Notes: generated by a model from the sequence alone, not told the origin. Counted from the stretch's first letter, positions 28,980-39,504 are shown. The stretch: 64,000 nucleotides of DNA from Methanotrichaceae archaeon (GCA_963847095.1 CAWJYS010000021.1:123590-187589); one strand, 5' to 3'. Program-made: numbers and translations.

Positions 28980-31059
28980 GTCCAAGGTAACGGGCTTTGC
29001 AACCGGGCTCCTCCTACTTGGGAGCTATATCATGCTGTTCGACCTGTGGGATTATTCCAGCTTCCTGGTAGCCCTCTCCTCCATTCTCCTCCTGCTGGTC
29101 GCCTTCCGCGACCACAACTTTGGGAGAAGCGATATGGTGGGATTTGTTCTGGCCGCACTGGTTTTCCTGTTTTTTTTCATGGACCTGGCCAACAACACCT
29201 TCCTTCCATTGGTGGTAGTTCTGGCTCTTTCCCTGGCCGCAATCAACGCCAGGCCCGAGGCCTTTGTGCCGTCTTTAGCTGGCCTACTGGTATTGCAGTT
29301 CATGAACCCTGCGTTTCTTCTCAAAGGGCTGAACATAATCTTCGTAAGTCTGTCCCCTCTGCTCAAAATACGCTACGAGATAAACGATCTGGGATACATG
29401 GTGCTCTACCATTCCAAGACCCATCTGCCCATACTGGTAGATGACGTGAAGCTTCTCATTCCCTTTTACGCATCTCTGCTGGTGGCGGGCCTGGTTCTGC
29501 TGGTTATTCTTAACGAAGACAGCAAGAATGAAGACAGAAAGACTCAGATAAAGTACGCGCTCCTAATTGCCGCCGTCCCCTTCCTGTTCTCCATCCTTAC
29601 CCTGCAAAACCTGCTTTACGGGCCAGCAACAGCAAGCTTCCTTCCCGATAATCAGTCGGCTCTCGCTTTACCCCTGGCATCTGTTCTTCTGATGTCCATC
29701 TTGATTCCGGGAGCAAGCTTAAGGGGACTTCAGACTGGAGGCCTGAGAGGCCTGGCTGAGAAGAGAATCACTCTGCTCATTCTGGCGGCTTTCTTCTTCC
29801 TAAGCCTATTCTACTACACTCCAATTACTACCAGCTCAGATCCGGTAGTAATAATAGACGAGTCCAACAGCGAATGGGAGCCGACCTGGCCGGACTACGT
29901 TCAAACCTACAAGATAGATCCCGTAAGCGGCACAAACAACTACTTCGGGCTGCTGGGCATTCTCGCCAGCCTTTACGATGTTACTCTCACCGTTGACCGA
30001 CCTGAAAAGCAGCCGGCAGTCAGCTCAGTGAAAGCAGTGCAGATCGGTGATCTATCCCTGGAGACTTTGGAGGAGATCGCTGGCGGCAGAAAGGCTGTGC
30101 TGGTGGTAAAGTGTCTGACCAGCCCGTACAACCAGTCGGAGATAGATGCCATACTGGACTTCACAGCCAAAGGCAACGGTTTAATCCTGATCGGAGAGCA
30201 TACGGACATCTACGGCATGTGCACCTACCTGAATCCAATCTCAGAGCAGATGGGTTACAGGTTTTTGCCGACAGGCGTTCAGGACGTCTACACCGACACA
30301 AGAGGATCGATAACCCAGAAGGGAGAGCTTCCGCCTCTAATGGCTCGCTACATGACCGGCGACCAGGTATGGGAGACTAGCGCCAGCATGGAGAAGCTAT
30401 CGAATGCTAAGCCGCTCTTTGAGGTCATCACAAGGCCGAGCTACTTCGCTCATTACCGCAACGAGACCTCTGCCTTCTTCCTGACGAGAGAGTTCACAGA
30501 GGAGATCAAGCTCAACTCCCAGTTTGCGAGACACCTGGTGCTGGCGGGAACGACTTACGGCGATGGCAGAGTAGTCCTGTTCACCGATTCCACAGACTTC
30601 AATAATGGGATCATCGGCTTTGGAGACCACATGCCGATCTTCCTGGCAATGGTTGAGTATGTCTCTTCGGAGGAGAAGTACAGCAAAGCCTTCATTCCCT
30701 TCTTGCTTCTAATCATGGCCCTGGCAATAGTAATACTCAACAGGAGAAATGCATATAGTGCCCTGGTGGTGCTGTCCATATTGCTTCTCCTCTCATTCAA
30801 TCTCTCCTACCCGCTGGCGCATTACACGACGCAGTTCCCTGAGCTGAAAAGAGAGTCAACGATTGTCATACTAGAAGCCGACCAGCATTACATGGAGGAG
30901 TATCTATCAGGCATGTATGATATGGAGAAGCTGATGGACAAGTACTTCCAGAAGAACCTGACAGCTCTGATCATGGCAAACCCGCCGCAGGAGTGGATCG
31001 GCATCAGCAGCGAAGTGGAGAACCTGAAGGACGCCATCATGGATATAAAGCCCGCCTGA
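28951..31059 (+). CDS. Large integral membrane protein (702 aa), paralogue of 26853-28979
   Basis: Same architecture and motifs (LILIGEHTDI, GFGDHMPIF). Its start overlaps the upstream gene. Confidence 0.65.
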   Translation: MEGGKRMEFESKVTGFATGLLLLGSYIMLFDLWDYSSFLVALSSILLLLVAFRDHNFGRSDMVGFVLAALVFLFFFMDLANNTFLPLVVVLALSLAAINARPEAFVPSLAGLLVLQFMNPAFLLKGLNIIFVSLSPLLKIRYEINDLGYMVLYHSKTHLPILVDDVKLLIPFYASLLVAGLVLLVILNEDSKNEDRKTQIKYALLIAAVPFLFSILTLQNLLYGPATASFLPDNQSALALPLASVLLMSILIPGASLRGLQTGGLRGLAEKRITLLILAAFFFLSLFYYTPITTSSDPVVIIDESNSEWEPTWPDYVQTYKIDPVSGTNNYFGLLGILASLYDVTLTVDRPEKQPAVSSVKAVQIGDLSLETLEEIAGGRKAVLVVKCLTSPYNQSEIDAILDFTAKGNGLILIGEHTDIYGMCTYLNPISEQMGYRFLPTGVQDVYTDTRGSITQKGELPPLMARYMTGDQVWETSASMEKLSNAKPLFEVITRPSYFAHYRNETSAFFLTREFTEEIKLNSQFARHLVLAGTTYGDGRVVLFTDSTDFNNGIIGFGDHMPIFLAMVEYVSSEEKYSKAFIPFLLLIMALAIVILNRRNAYSALVVLSILLLLSFNLSYPLAHYTTQFPELKRESTIVILEADQHYMEEYLSGMYDMEKLMDKYFQKNLTALIMANPPQEWIGISSEVENLKDAIMDIKPA

Positions 31060-31576
31060 GTCCAGCCTGAATTTTTCCAAAAATAATTTTTCGTGAAATG
31101 ACATTTCGCAAAACGTAGTTTTTAGACAGGTATTTCGCATCACATCTCTTGACAGGCATTTTTTGTGAGCCCTTGGGAAAAGAGAGTATTTTTTGATCCT
31201 AGGACGTCAGCGGTATATGGATATTTGTGGTTAGCGGTTGAAGATCGGCTGGAGGGAAAGGCTATTAGAGCATCATCTATCACGTGGAAGGGCTCGGCCA
31301 AAGACGCCTGTCCCGGCCGATGGAGTTGGGAAAAATTGGCCAAGAAAGCGAAGCACAGCGATGCCGTCATGACCGGCATCCTCGTGACCAAGTTTAAGAA
31401 AGTGCTAATTGTGGCATCGATCAGCGACGGATCGGCAGGAGAGTACCAGCAGTTCTAAGTACCACGTGACCCCCCATGAACTGGTAGGTGTATCCATGTC
31501 TGAAAAATATACCTCACGGATCGAATCATCACAGGATCAAATATCTCATAATTAGTTCAAAATTAGAGGAATTAAT

Positions 31577-32425
31577 TTGAGAACAACGATAGGCGGAGAA
31601 ATAGTGGAGTTTAAATTGACCAAGCTATGGCCATTGCTGGTGATTTTTGGAATCGTTATAGTTGTGTTCTTTGGGCCGGTCTATACTATTGATGCAACAG
31701 AACGTGGTGTACTTCTGACCTGGGGAAAAGTCAGTGACAAATCCATCGATCCAGGAATACATTTTCGAATTCCAATCATGCAGAACGTTGAGCGTTTCAA
31801 TGTGAAAACCCAGAAGTATGAAGCAGAGGGGACCGCGGCTTCCAAGGATTTGCAGACGGTTAACACCAAGGTGGCAGTAATTTACCATCTGAGTCCGGAA
31901 AGCGTGCCAAAGATCTATGCAGAACTGGGACAGTTTTACGGTGAGAGCATAATCCAGCCCACCGTGCAAGAAGTGCTGAAGGCAAGCGCTGCCAGATTTA
32001 GTGCAGAACAATTGATCACAAACCGGTCAACAGTGGCCAGCACTATCCAGGATTTGTTATATCAGAGACTTCATCCCTATGGAATTATTGTAGAGTCAAC
32101 CGCAATCACTGACTTTAAGTTCAGCGAATCTTTTACGCAGGCCATCGAAGCAAAGGTGACAGCCTCGCAACAAATGCTCAAGTCGGAAACGGATCTAAAG
32201 CGCATTCAGGTGGAGGCACAACAAAAAGTCACTCAGGCAAAAGCAGAAGCAGACGCATTGAATTTGCAGAAGCAGGCCATTACTCCCGAACTGATTGAAC
32301 TGCGCAAAGTTGAGATGCAAACCAAAGCCGTTGAGAAGTGGGATGGCAAATTGCCCATGTACACTGGTGGAGCTATGCCCTTTGTGGATATAGCATCGAT
32401 AACATCAGCGGCTAAAACAGCGTAG
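31577..32425 (+). CDS. SPFH/band-7 (prohibitin/stomatin-family) membrane protein
   Basis: N-terminal TM segment, then the SPFH core (ERGVLLTWGKV...PGIHFRIPIMQNV...) and a C-terminal coiled coil. Confidence 0.85.
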   Translation: MRTTIGGEIVEFKLTKLWPLLVIFGIVIVVFFGPVYTIDATERGVLLTWGKVSDKSIDPGIHFRIPIMQNVERFNVKTQKYEAEGTAASKDLQTVNTKVAVIYHLSPESVPKIYAELGQFYGESIIQPTVQEVLKASAARFSAEQLITNRSTVASTIQDLLYQRLHPYGIIVESTAITDFKFSESFTQAIEAKVTASQQMLKSETDLKRIQVEAQQKVTQAKAEADALNLQKQAITPELIELRKVEMQTKAVEKWDGKLPMYTGGAMPFVDIASITSAAKTA

Positions 32426-32596
32426 CTGCTTGTTACCACAATCTCTGAAGAAGGCATCGGCAGCCAGAAGGTGGCCCTCCAGCTACTCTAAATAGCTATC
32501 CGCTATGAGAGTGGCCTGAGGGTGGCTATCTGGGATCTCCCCGCATGAATTGTAGTGGGAGCTAAACACATACCATTTTTAATGATATTGGCAGGA

Positions 32597-32935
32597 TTAG
32601 CGCCTATTTTCCACCTTTTCCAGATATAGCCTGCCCGTGAGCGTAGATCTGTAGCCGCCCTCCGCACGCTCAATCACCAGGCCCTTTTCAAGCATTGCGA
32701 GGTGATACTCTGCCTGCTGGGTGTTGAGACCAAACTCTATTTCGATATCCACTCTGGTCCTGATCTCCTGGCCCAGAAATTTGAGGATCTTCCGCCGCAG
32801 CCTGAGCTGCAAGACCTCCAGGGCGAATCTGTGGTCCTCAGCCGTCTCCCACCACCTGGCGTCGGCGGTTGAGATAGTTGAGATATCCGAATGGCCCAGG
32901 CTCAGTTTGGACTTCTCGGCATCTTTCGGCATCAT
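32597..32935 (-). CDS. Winged-helix (ArsR-like) transcriptional regulator
   Basis: 112 aa with ...YHLAMLEKGLVIERAEGGY... wHTH pattern. Confidence 0.5.
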   Translation of the reverse strand: MMPKDAEKSKLSLGHSDISTISTADARWWETAEDHRFALEVLQLRLRRKILKFLGQEIRTRVDIEIEFGLNTQQAEYHLAMLEKGLVIERAEGGYRSTLTGRLYLEKVENRR

Positions 32936-33076
32936 TTATGCCTTTTCTATCATCTTTATTGCGATAGAGATAAGCGAAACGGCGAGTTTCGCGAAAATTT
33001 TAACCAACATGTATATTAACTAGAGTATGCCTTTATAGAAGGCTGCATTGCGTCGATTCAAAGGTACGTGAATTAA

Positions 33077-33280
33077 ATGTTCGAGAGAAAGTACGAAAGC
33101 AGCAGCGGTAGCGATAGTAGAAGCAGCTTTAACCGCGCCCCAAGAGAGACGACAGACGTAACTTGTTCTGAGTGCGGAAAGCAGACTCAAGTCCCATTCA
33201 AGCCGGACGGATCCAGGCCGGTTTACTGCAGCGAGTGCTACCAGAAGCACAGGCCTGCAAGGTCACCCAGAAGATATTAA
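33077..33280 (+). CDS. Small zinc-ribbon protein (CxxC...CxxC), paralogue of 52503-52718
   Basis: TCSECGKQTQVPFKPDGSRPVYCSECYQKHRP. Confidence 0.5.
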   Translation: MFERKYESSSGSDSRSSFNRAPRETTDVTCSECGKQTQVPFKPDGSRPVYCSECYQKHRPARSPRRY

Positions 33281-33579
33281 ACCGATTTGATTATTCACTT
33301 TTTTAACTCCTAGAGACCCAATCGATGAGGAAAAGGAATAGTAGAATTGAACACCTCTGAACCGTGTGGAATTGGACTATCAGTATCAATTCGCTTTCCT
33401 ATCGAAGATTACGAAAAACTACTTGATCTAGTAGGCAGATAGCGGTGACATATTCTACCACGATTGCATGAGAAATATGAAAATATCTGACGAGCGGAGG
33501 GATCTAAATTAAACAATCTATAATTCCAGAGATAAAGAAATTTGACGACATAATCTCGGAGCTGGGGCGCAGAGGGATT

Positions 33580-33837
33580 GTGGTGCTGATGAACCGCCCT
33601 ACACGCTGGGGCTATGTCGTGGACGCTGTCATCCCCTCGGCAAAGGTAGTCATTCTGAAAATACCGGATTTAACCAGGCAAACCAAAGTGGCAATGGTCA
33701 CTTTCCGGGATATGAAAAATAGACTTGAAGGCGATGGATATCAAGTCCTCATAGTGCCTAATAGAAGCATGAACGAGGCGCAAATCAACGCCTTCTGTGA
33801 TCGGGTCTCAATCAAACCTGCCCTTGCTGCTGCCTGA
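33580..33837 (+). CDS. Conserved hypothetical 85-aa protein, paralogue of 53675-53932
   Basis: About 85% identical at the protein level to the second copy. Confidence 0.5.
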   Translation: MVLMNRPTRWGYVVDAVIPSAKVVILKIPDLTRQTKVAMVTFRDMKNRLEGDGYQVLIVPNRSMNEAQINAFCDRVSIKPALAAA

Positions 33838-34501
33838 TTTATTACATATGGCTGGAAATAATCTCTTTGTGTCCCTGTGGTATGGCACTCGGCATCCGGC
33901 AACGGATGTCAGGGTGTCAGGTGGCGCAAGATACGGTGGCCAAGGAGAGTCCTTGCCTTTGTAAATCTCATTTGATGTAATACCCTTATATGGCAGGGAA
34001 TCGATCTTGCTCATACATTCTCTCATGTCCATCTCCGAAGGCGAGGATGAGGCAGGCATAAGTGCTTGAGGCCTTTGATGAATAAAGCATTCCGAAATGA
34101 GGAGCCGATATGACTTGTGATCGTTGTACTAGAGCACCGGTTGGTGCATGCGTGGGCGAGGCGTTTTGTTCCTCCCTCCATCTGTCTGATGAGGACGCCT
34201 GCAGGCTTGCGGCTGATATCTGCCTCTCCTGGTGGCAGAAGAGAGATGAGGATATCGAGATAGATGATATGCTCTGGGAGATGTCTGAGCGGCGGATCGA
34301 TGAGCTGGCAAACGATCCTCAGGTAGCCCGCGCATATCTCGCCGAGAGGAGGATCGATTGATCCGGCTGTATTTTTCTATTAAATGCATAAAAAAACAAA
34401 AAAGTTTCACTTTTGGCACAGAATCCTTTGTCTGAGCTGCAGCTTTATGCTTTGCTTTATATTTCAGGCATTAGCGCAGTCAGTTTCTAGAATCCAGTCG
34501 C

Positions 34502-34891
34502 TTACTTCCTCTCCCGCCAAGATGGAAGTTTGACTTGTAACCCTGGGAAGCCCTTAATCCAGTCGCTCAGGTCTTTTTCGCTTCCTCCCTGTGAGATCAC
34601 CCAGTTCCGGACCTGTTCCATGCGCCAGTTATTGACCGCCTCCATAACCGGTGCCGGATCAAATCCGTGCACCTTGATGTACTCCTCGCGGGTCATCTCG
34701 TGCATATTTCCATCCACGTACAATTTCGTGGCCTGGTCTGCCTTCAGCCTTTCTCCAGTGGGCATATCGGCCGGATTGATGCATACATCCTCGCAGTAAA
34801 CCAATTCTTCATCGCCTTTCGCCCGCTCTATTCGGAAGGGCTTTCCACAGCCAGGACAAACTCCAATCATTTTCGCCACCTCACGCATCAA
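34502..34891 (-). CDS. Hypothetical protein with an N-terminal zinc-ribbon (CPGCG...C..C)
   Basis: 129 aa. Confidence 0.4.
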   Translation of the reverse strand: MMREVAKMIGVCPGCGKPFRIERAKGDEELVYCEDVCINPADMPTGERLKADQATKLYVDGNMHEMTREEYIKVHGFDPAPVMEAVNNWRMEQVRNWVISQGGSEKDLSDWIKGFPGLQVKLPSWRERK

Positions 34892-35131
34892 AATTTTCTC
34901 AAATAGTTTATCTCTTATCTTAGGTTAAATATCTTGCTGCGAACCAGATAACTATGATTAGCTAAGTGGCACTTTAGCGTTCTATAATTTTTCTATATCT
35001 GGAATAGCTATAAATCAGCAAGCTGAATTTCCTTGAGATACTCATTTACATTCAGAAATATTCAGAACGAAGATGCTAAATAATCTAATGTTGAATAAGA
35101 TAGTCTTAATAGAGTTCAATATGAATAAGAG

Positions 35132-35938
35132 GTGGATGGGATGAAAATCGCGAATTTGCCAAGCAGATCTGCCCCAAGAGGGAGAGAGATGCTCTTAAGA
35201 TGCTTATTATTTTGTTTCGCATTATGCCTTCTGACAACCCTTCCGGCTGCAGCACAAGCCGAGAGCCTCACTCCGATTAGCGCAGACCTGGATGGCTATG
35301 CGAATCTCGACTTCTATGTTCCCTCAGAAGTCGCGGTTGAGCATGAATCATTAGCGGAGGCAAATTATACTGAAGGAAGAGAGGTAAAGGCAGTTCTGCT
35401 TATTAACGGGAGCAGAGTGTCTCTGCATCTTCTCTATCCCTGCCAGGCTCCCACATCCCAGCTGGAGCCGGATGCCCTAAAGACTGAAATTAATGCATTC
35501 AATTCGGGGCTAAACCAAACAATCTATAGCCCCACACCACTGAATATTAGCGGACAATCTGCTTTGTGGGGCCAAGTGGGCAGCCAAATCGTTATCGCAT
35601 ATCAACCTTCGATTCAAACCATTGCCCTCGTGCTCATCGACGAGAGCCTGGATGAGAATACATTGGAATACCTCATTGGATCTTTGCAGATAACCGTCAA
35701 CCAGGGCAGTTCTCCGCTGTGGCCTGGTTACTGTCCCGACACTACTGGATCAGAAGCGGCTTCTGCCGAGCCTGCCGAGTCCGTCAATGAGGACATTGCT
35801 GTGGCCAGCAAAATGCTGGAAGACAAGGGACCTGAAGTTGAGGCTGAGCCAACCGTGCCCGAGTCCAGCAAAGATCGCATGTCTTCCGACATCGAGGCTG
35901 CCAAGGAAAAACTAGAAGCGGCAAAGAGGAAATTCTAA
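35132..35938 (+). CDS. Secreted hypothetical protein with an acidic C-terminal tail
   Basis: Signal peptide LLRCLLFCFALCLLTTLPAAAQA. Confidence 0.5.
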   Translation: MDGMKIANLPSRSAPRGREMLLRCLLFCFALCLLTTLPAAAQAESLTPISADLDGYANLDFYVPSEVAVEHESLAEANYTEGREVKAVLLINGSRVSLHLLYPCQAPTSQLEPDALKTEINAFNSGLNQTIYSPTPLNISGQSALWGQVGSQIVIAYQPSIQTIALVLIDESLDENTLEYLIGSLQITVNQGSSPLWPGYCPDTTGSEAASAEPAESVNEDIAVASKMLEDKGPEVEAEPTVPESSKDRMSSDIEAAKEKLEAAKRKF

Positions 35939-36039
35939 GGCTTCTGAAGGCTGCTGAGGCAGTTCTTCAAGCCTTTGATTAATTTTTACTATTGAGGCTA
36001 TCCCAAAAGGCATGCCGCTTACGAGTTTCTTTGCGCCTT

Positions 36040-36155
36040 TGTATCTTCGTGGTGGACACTTACGACTTCACCACAGAGGCACAGAGGGATTTTAATATTA
36101 CTATCCAACGGCTCTCAACTTTTCGTTCTCTGTGTCTCTGTGCCTCTGTGGTGAG
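36040..36155. repeat. Inverted-repeat element of the CACCACAGAGGCACAGAG family
   Basis: 18-bp arms at 36069-36086 and 36137-36153 are perfectly complementary. One arm recurs at 4803-4830. Confidence 0.7.
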
Positions 36156-36377
36156 CGTCATCTAAGCTAACCACTAATTCAAAAAACACAAAGAATTTAT
36201 CGCCAATTACTCCGATTGCAGTTTCGGAGTGAGCTCATCGCCTAAAAGCCTCCCGCTTTAGTGCCCCTGGGCTAATTTTCTCGATCTGCAGGCATGCCAT
36301 TGCATGGGATGTGCATTCATTGGTCCCTTTTGGTTCACTGATAGCATTATATATCGAGGTGATCAATTAGATTCCGG

Positions 36378-37388
36378 ATGAACGCTTCTACCTCTAACTA
36401 CGCCTCGATCGTGATCTCGAGCTGCCTGAAGGTTCGCCCTGGCGAGGACGTCCTCATATTCACAGACAGCCATAAACTCCAGTTCGCCGAAGACCTGGCC
36501 CGCTCCACGAGGGATGCCGGGGGAGCGGTCTCCATCGTCTACATCCCCGACTCGATCAGGCCGGTAGAGAAGATCACCGACCTGCACGCCGTCTCCCTGG
36601 CTGCTGCAGATGTGGTGATCTACGTCCTTGAGACGGAGACCTTGAGGAAGGAGAGCAACGAGATCGACCTGTCCAGGGAGGTGGCCTTCAGGCACCACCT
36701 TATCACCCTGCCATTGCAGTACAAGGGCCGTGTATGCATGATGCCTGGCTTCACAGAGGAGATGCTTGGAGCGGTAATGATAGACTACCAGGCGCTTGAT
36801 AATCGCTGCCGCCGTCTCCAGGAGATCCTGGCCGATAAGACTGTTCGGGTCACCAGCGAACTTGGAACCGATGTCTCGTTCAGCCTCAAAGGCAGGAAGT
36901 TCGTGATAGATAACGGGGATTTATCCAGACCGGGATTGCACGGCAACGTGCCCGCAGGCGAGATCTACACTGCCCCTGTGGAGGATGCCATGGACGGCCG
37001 CCTGGTGATCGACGGCAGTGTCGGAAGCCTGGGGATGGTCGAGCGACCCTTCAGGATCAGGCTTGAGGGCGGCGTGATCAAGGATCTGCAGCCCATCGGG
37101 GGCAAGGGACGGGTCTTCGAGAAGTTTGCAGAGATATGCGAGTTCGACGCACCTGCAACGAAGACTGTAGGGGAGTTCGGCATTGGCCTTAACCCTGGAG
37201 CGAAGATCATTGGGAATATGCTCCTGGACGAGAAGGTCGAGGGGACGGTACATTTCGCCTTCGGGGACTCTTACGGGCTGGGGAGGTCGAGCAGTGAGTT
37301 CCATACTGATCTGCTGATCACGAATCCGTCCATATTCGTTGAGGGCGAGTGCATTATGGATAAAGGGAAATTTGTTCTGGATATCTGA
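36378..37388 (+). CDS. Aminopeptidase-like protein (M29 AmpS/PepS-like, tentative)
   Basis: GNVPAGEIYTAPVE and GTVHFAFGDSYG segments resemble thermophilic metalloaminopeptidase motifs. Confidence 0.45.
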   Translation: MNASTSNYASIVISSCLKVRPGEDVLIFTDSHKLQFAEDLARSTRDAGGAVSIVYIPDSIRPVEKITDLHAVSLAAADVVIYVLETETLRKESNEIDLSREVAFRHHLITLPLQYKGRVCMMPGFTEEMLGAVMIDYQALDNRCRRLQEILADKTVRVTSELGTDVSFSLKGRKFVIDNGDLSRPGLHGNVPAGEIYTAPVEDAMDGRLVIDGSVGSLGMVERPFRIRLEGGVIKDLQPIGGKGRVFEKFAEICEFDAPATKTVGEFGIGLNPGAKIIGNMLLDEKVEGTVHFAFGDSYGLGRSSSEFHTDLLITNPSIFVEGECIMDKGKFVLDI

Positions 37389-37537
37389 TGAGGAGGCCTT
37401 CCCTGCAGGTCGGAGGAGTCCGGCATCCTGTGCGAGCGTTGTGTCAGAGCCATCAGGAACTGCATGCGGTTTGGCTAACATGGCCTGCCGCTCAAGGGCT
37501 CTGGCAACTGGAACGACGGCATGAAGGAAGTCGTTTA

Positions 37538-37688
37538 ATTAAGTCCGTAGTTGACTATAAAAGCTTACGAAATACCACCACAAAGCTCACAAAGAGCACA
37601 AAGGACTCATGAAGAATGTTTGAAGCTTAAGATCTAAGATCTCCTGACGGCTAAAAAATGAGAATATCTTAGTTTGAAGGGTACTAGC
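37538..37688. repeat. Dispersed element of the CACCACAAAGCTCACAAAG family
   Basis: Its first half is the reverse complement of 23690-23760. The second half is colinear with 23790-23846. Confidence 0.65.
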
Positions 37689-37756
37689 AATACCACTACC
37701 GAGAGACATCCTGTTACATCACGGTTATGCAGGCGGGGCGGCACATCAGATTCAGA

Positions 37757-39103
37757 TCAATGTCTTGATGGTCCAACCCTCTCAAAATCGATAAATCCCT
37801 GCTCGACATCTACGGATACAAGTTTAACGCGAATCCTGTCGCCGACATCAACACCCTGGTACCCGTTTTTCAGCATCCCTTCAATGGGAATACTGAGAAG
37901 CCGAACCCATGTGCCTTTCATAGATGCACCCGTAACCATGGCATCAAACTGTTCTCCGATTCTCGATTCAAGGAGAAGCGCAGCTGCGGATTTGCCGACC
38001 TGCCGCTCAACTTTAGTGGCAGCATCCTCTTTTTCGGTGCAATGAGCCGCCAGGTCATCCAGCTCATCCTTGCTGTAAGGCACAGGTATTGCGTCTATTG
38101 CGTCTATTGCGGCTTTCAGCAAACGCTGCGTAATCAGATCAGGGTACCGACGATTTGGAGCGGTGGAATGGGTATAGTCCTTGACGGCTAGGCCGAAGTG
38201 CCCTGTGGGATTTTCCCCCGGGAGTTCTGCAACATATTCACCCGATCCTAAAAGTTTGATAACCGCTAAAGACAGGTCAGGGAATCGAAGTGGGTCGGCT
38301 GCTTTCTCCATCGTTAGAAACATCTCCAGCGCTTTTGAGTCTGGATTTTTAGGAAGCTTGAACGCGTGTTCCGCTGCGATCTCGACGATTCGTTCCCATC
38401 GTTTTGGAACGCGGACCACGCGGCGAATTGATGGAATTCTTCTGGAGGAGAGATACCTGATGGTCACGCCGTTTGCCGAGATCATGAAATCTTCGATAAT
38501 TTCCTTGGCGCGGTTCTTTTCTTCCACTTGCAGATCGAGGATGGAATCACCCTCAAATATCGGTCTTGCCTCAATCGTTTCAAGACAAAGCGCCCCTCGA
38601 AGGTGCCGAAAATTCCTCATGCTTTGTGCCGCTCTGTCCTGCAGGCGCAGATTCTCAGCCAGTCCATTTACGGCTGCAATCGCCGGAGGCACAGATGCAT
38701 TTCCTTCCAGCCATGCGGCAACGCTGTTATAGGCGAGCTGTGCATGATTGCGGACAAGCGCCCGGTAGGCGTCCGAATCCTGAAGCGATCCGTCCGCGCC
38801 AATCACCATCTCAATGACAATGGCCAGACGATCCTCGTTGAGATTCAAGGATGTGAGGTTAGTGGAAAGCTTTTCCGGAAGCATTGGGAAAATCTTGGCG
38901 GCAGTATAAACCGAGGTCGTGTTGTGGCGCGCTTGTTCGTCGATGGCTGATCCCTTTTTAACGAGTGCGTCCACGTCCGCCACGGCGACCATTATCTTTA
39001 CTCTGTCGTCAGGCATCGCTACAGCCACAGTTAGCTGATCCAGGTCGCGAGAGTCGTCATTGTCGATGGAGGCCCAGATGAGATCTCTCAAATCACGCAC
39101 CAT
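37757..39103 (-). CDS. RNB-domain 3'-5' exoribonuclease (RNase II/R family) with a C-terminal S1 domain
   Basis: ASIDNDDSRDLDQLTVA RNB active-site region and an S1-like C-terminus (GDRIRVKLVSVDVEQGFIDF). Confidence 0.8.
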   Translation of the reverse strand: MVRDLRDLIWASIDNDDSRDLDQLTVAVAMPDDRVKIMVAVADVDALVKKGSAIDEQARHNTTSVYTAAKIFPMLPEKLSTNLTSLNLNEDRLAIVIEMVIGADGSLQDSDAYRALVRNHAQLAYNSVAAWLEGNASVPPAIAAVNGLAENLRLQDRAAQSMRNFRHLRGALCLETIEARPIFEGDSILDLQVEEKNRAKEIIEDFMISANGVTIRYLSSRRIPSIRRVVRVPKRWERIVEIAAEHAFKLPKNPDSKALEMFLTMEKAADPLRFPDLSLAVIKLLGSGEYVAELPGENPTGHFGLAVKDYTHSTAPNRRYPDLITQRLLKAAIDAIDAIPVPYSKDELDDLAAHCTEKEDAATKVERQVGKSAAALLLESRIGEQFDAMVTGASMKGTWVRLLSIPIEGMLKNGYQGVDVGDRIRVKLVSVDVEQGFIDFERVGPSRH

Positions 39104-39504
39104 TACACGCCGTCCGTTGTCGCTGGCACTTGAATTTGGTCAAGCTCAGCAAGGGCTTCTGCAGAGAAGTCCGGGAGCAATCCGCGCTCAAGCATTGCCC
39201 TCTTTGCGATGTCCTGTAAGATCGAACGGGCCTGATTATCATTCGTATTCATGGGATGCCTTCCTTTCCATCAATGTAGAGATGCGCTGATATTCATAAT
39301 CATTTGCCAGGCCTGCGCCTGCGGATGAAACCCCCTGGTCTTCACGATCTAGGTAATGGGTAAGAATCACATAGCGAGCCTGTCCTAAAACGCCTCGAAC
39401 TATGGAGATAAGGATAGATGCTTCGAGGCGACTTCACCATTGGCCGCGGCCTCAATCTAAAAATACCATGGGAACTGTAAAGGGCATAAGGCGGTAGTTA
39501 GTAC

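Noticed and set aside
31140-31458. Overlapping 83-aa (minus) and 97-aa (plus) ORFs upstream of the SPFH gene, as a possible NfeD partner
   Set aside because: Neither has the TM or OB-fold character expected of NfeD, and they overlap each other. The evidence was insufficient to call either.
36363-37481. Antisense ORFs (111 and 186 aa) within the aminopeptidase-like gene
   Set aside because: They are shadow ORFs. The sense strand has the conserved motifs.
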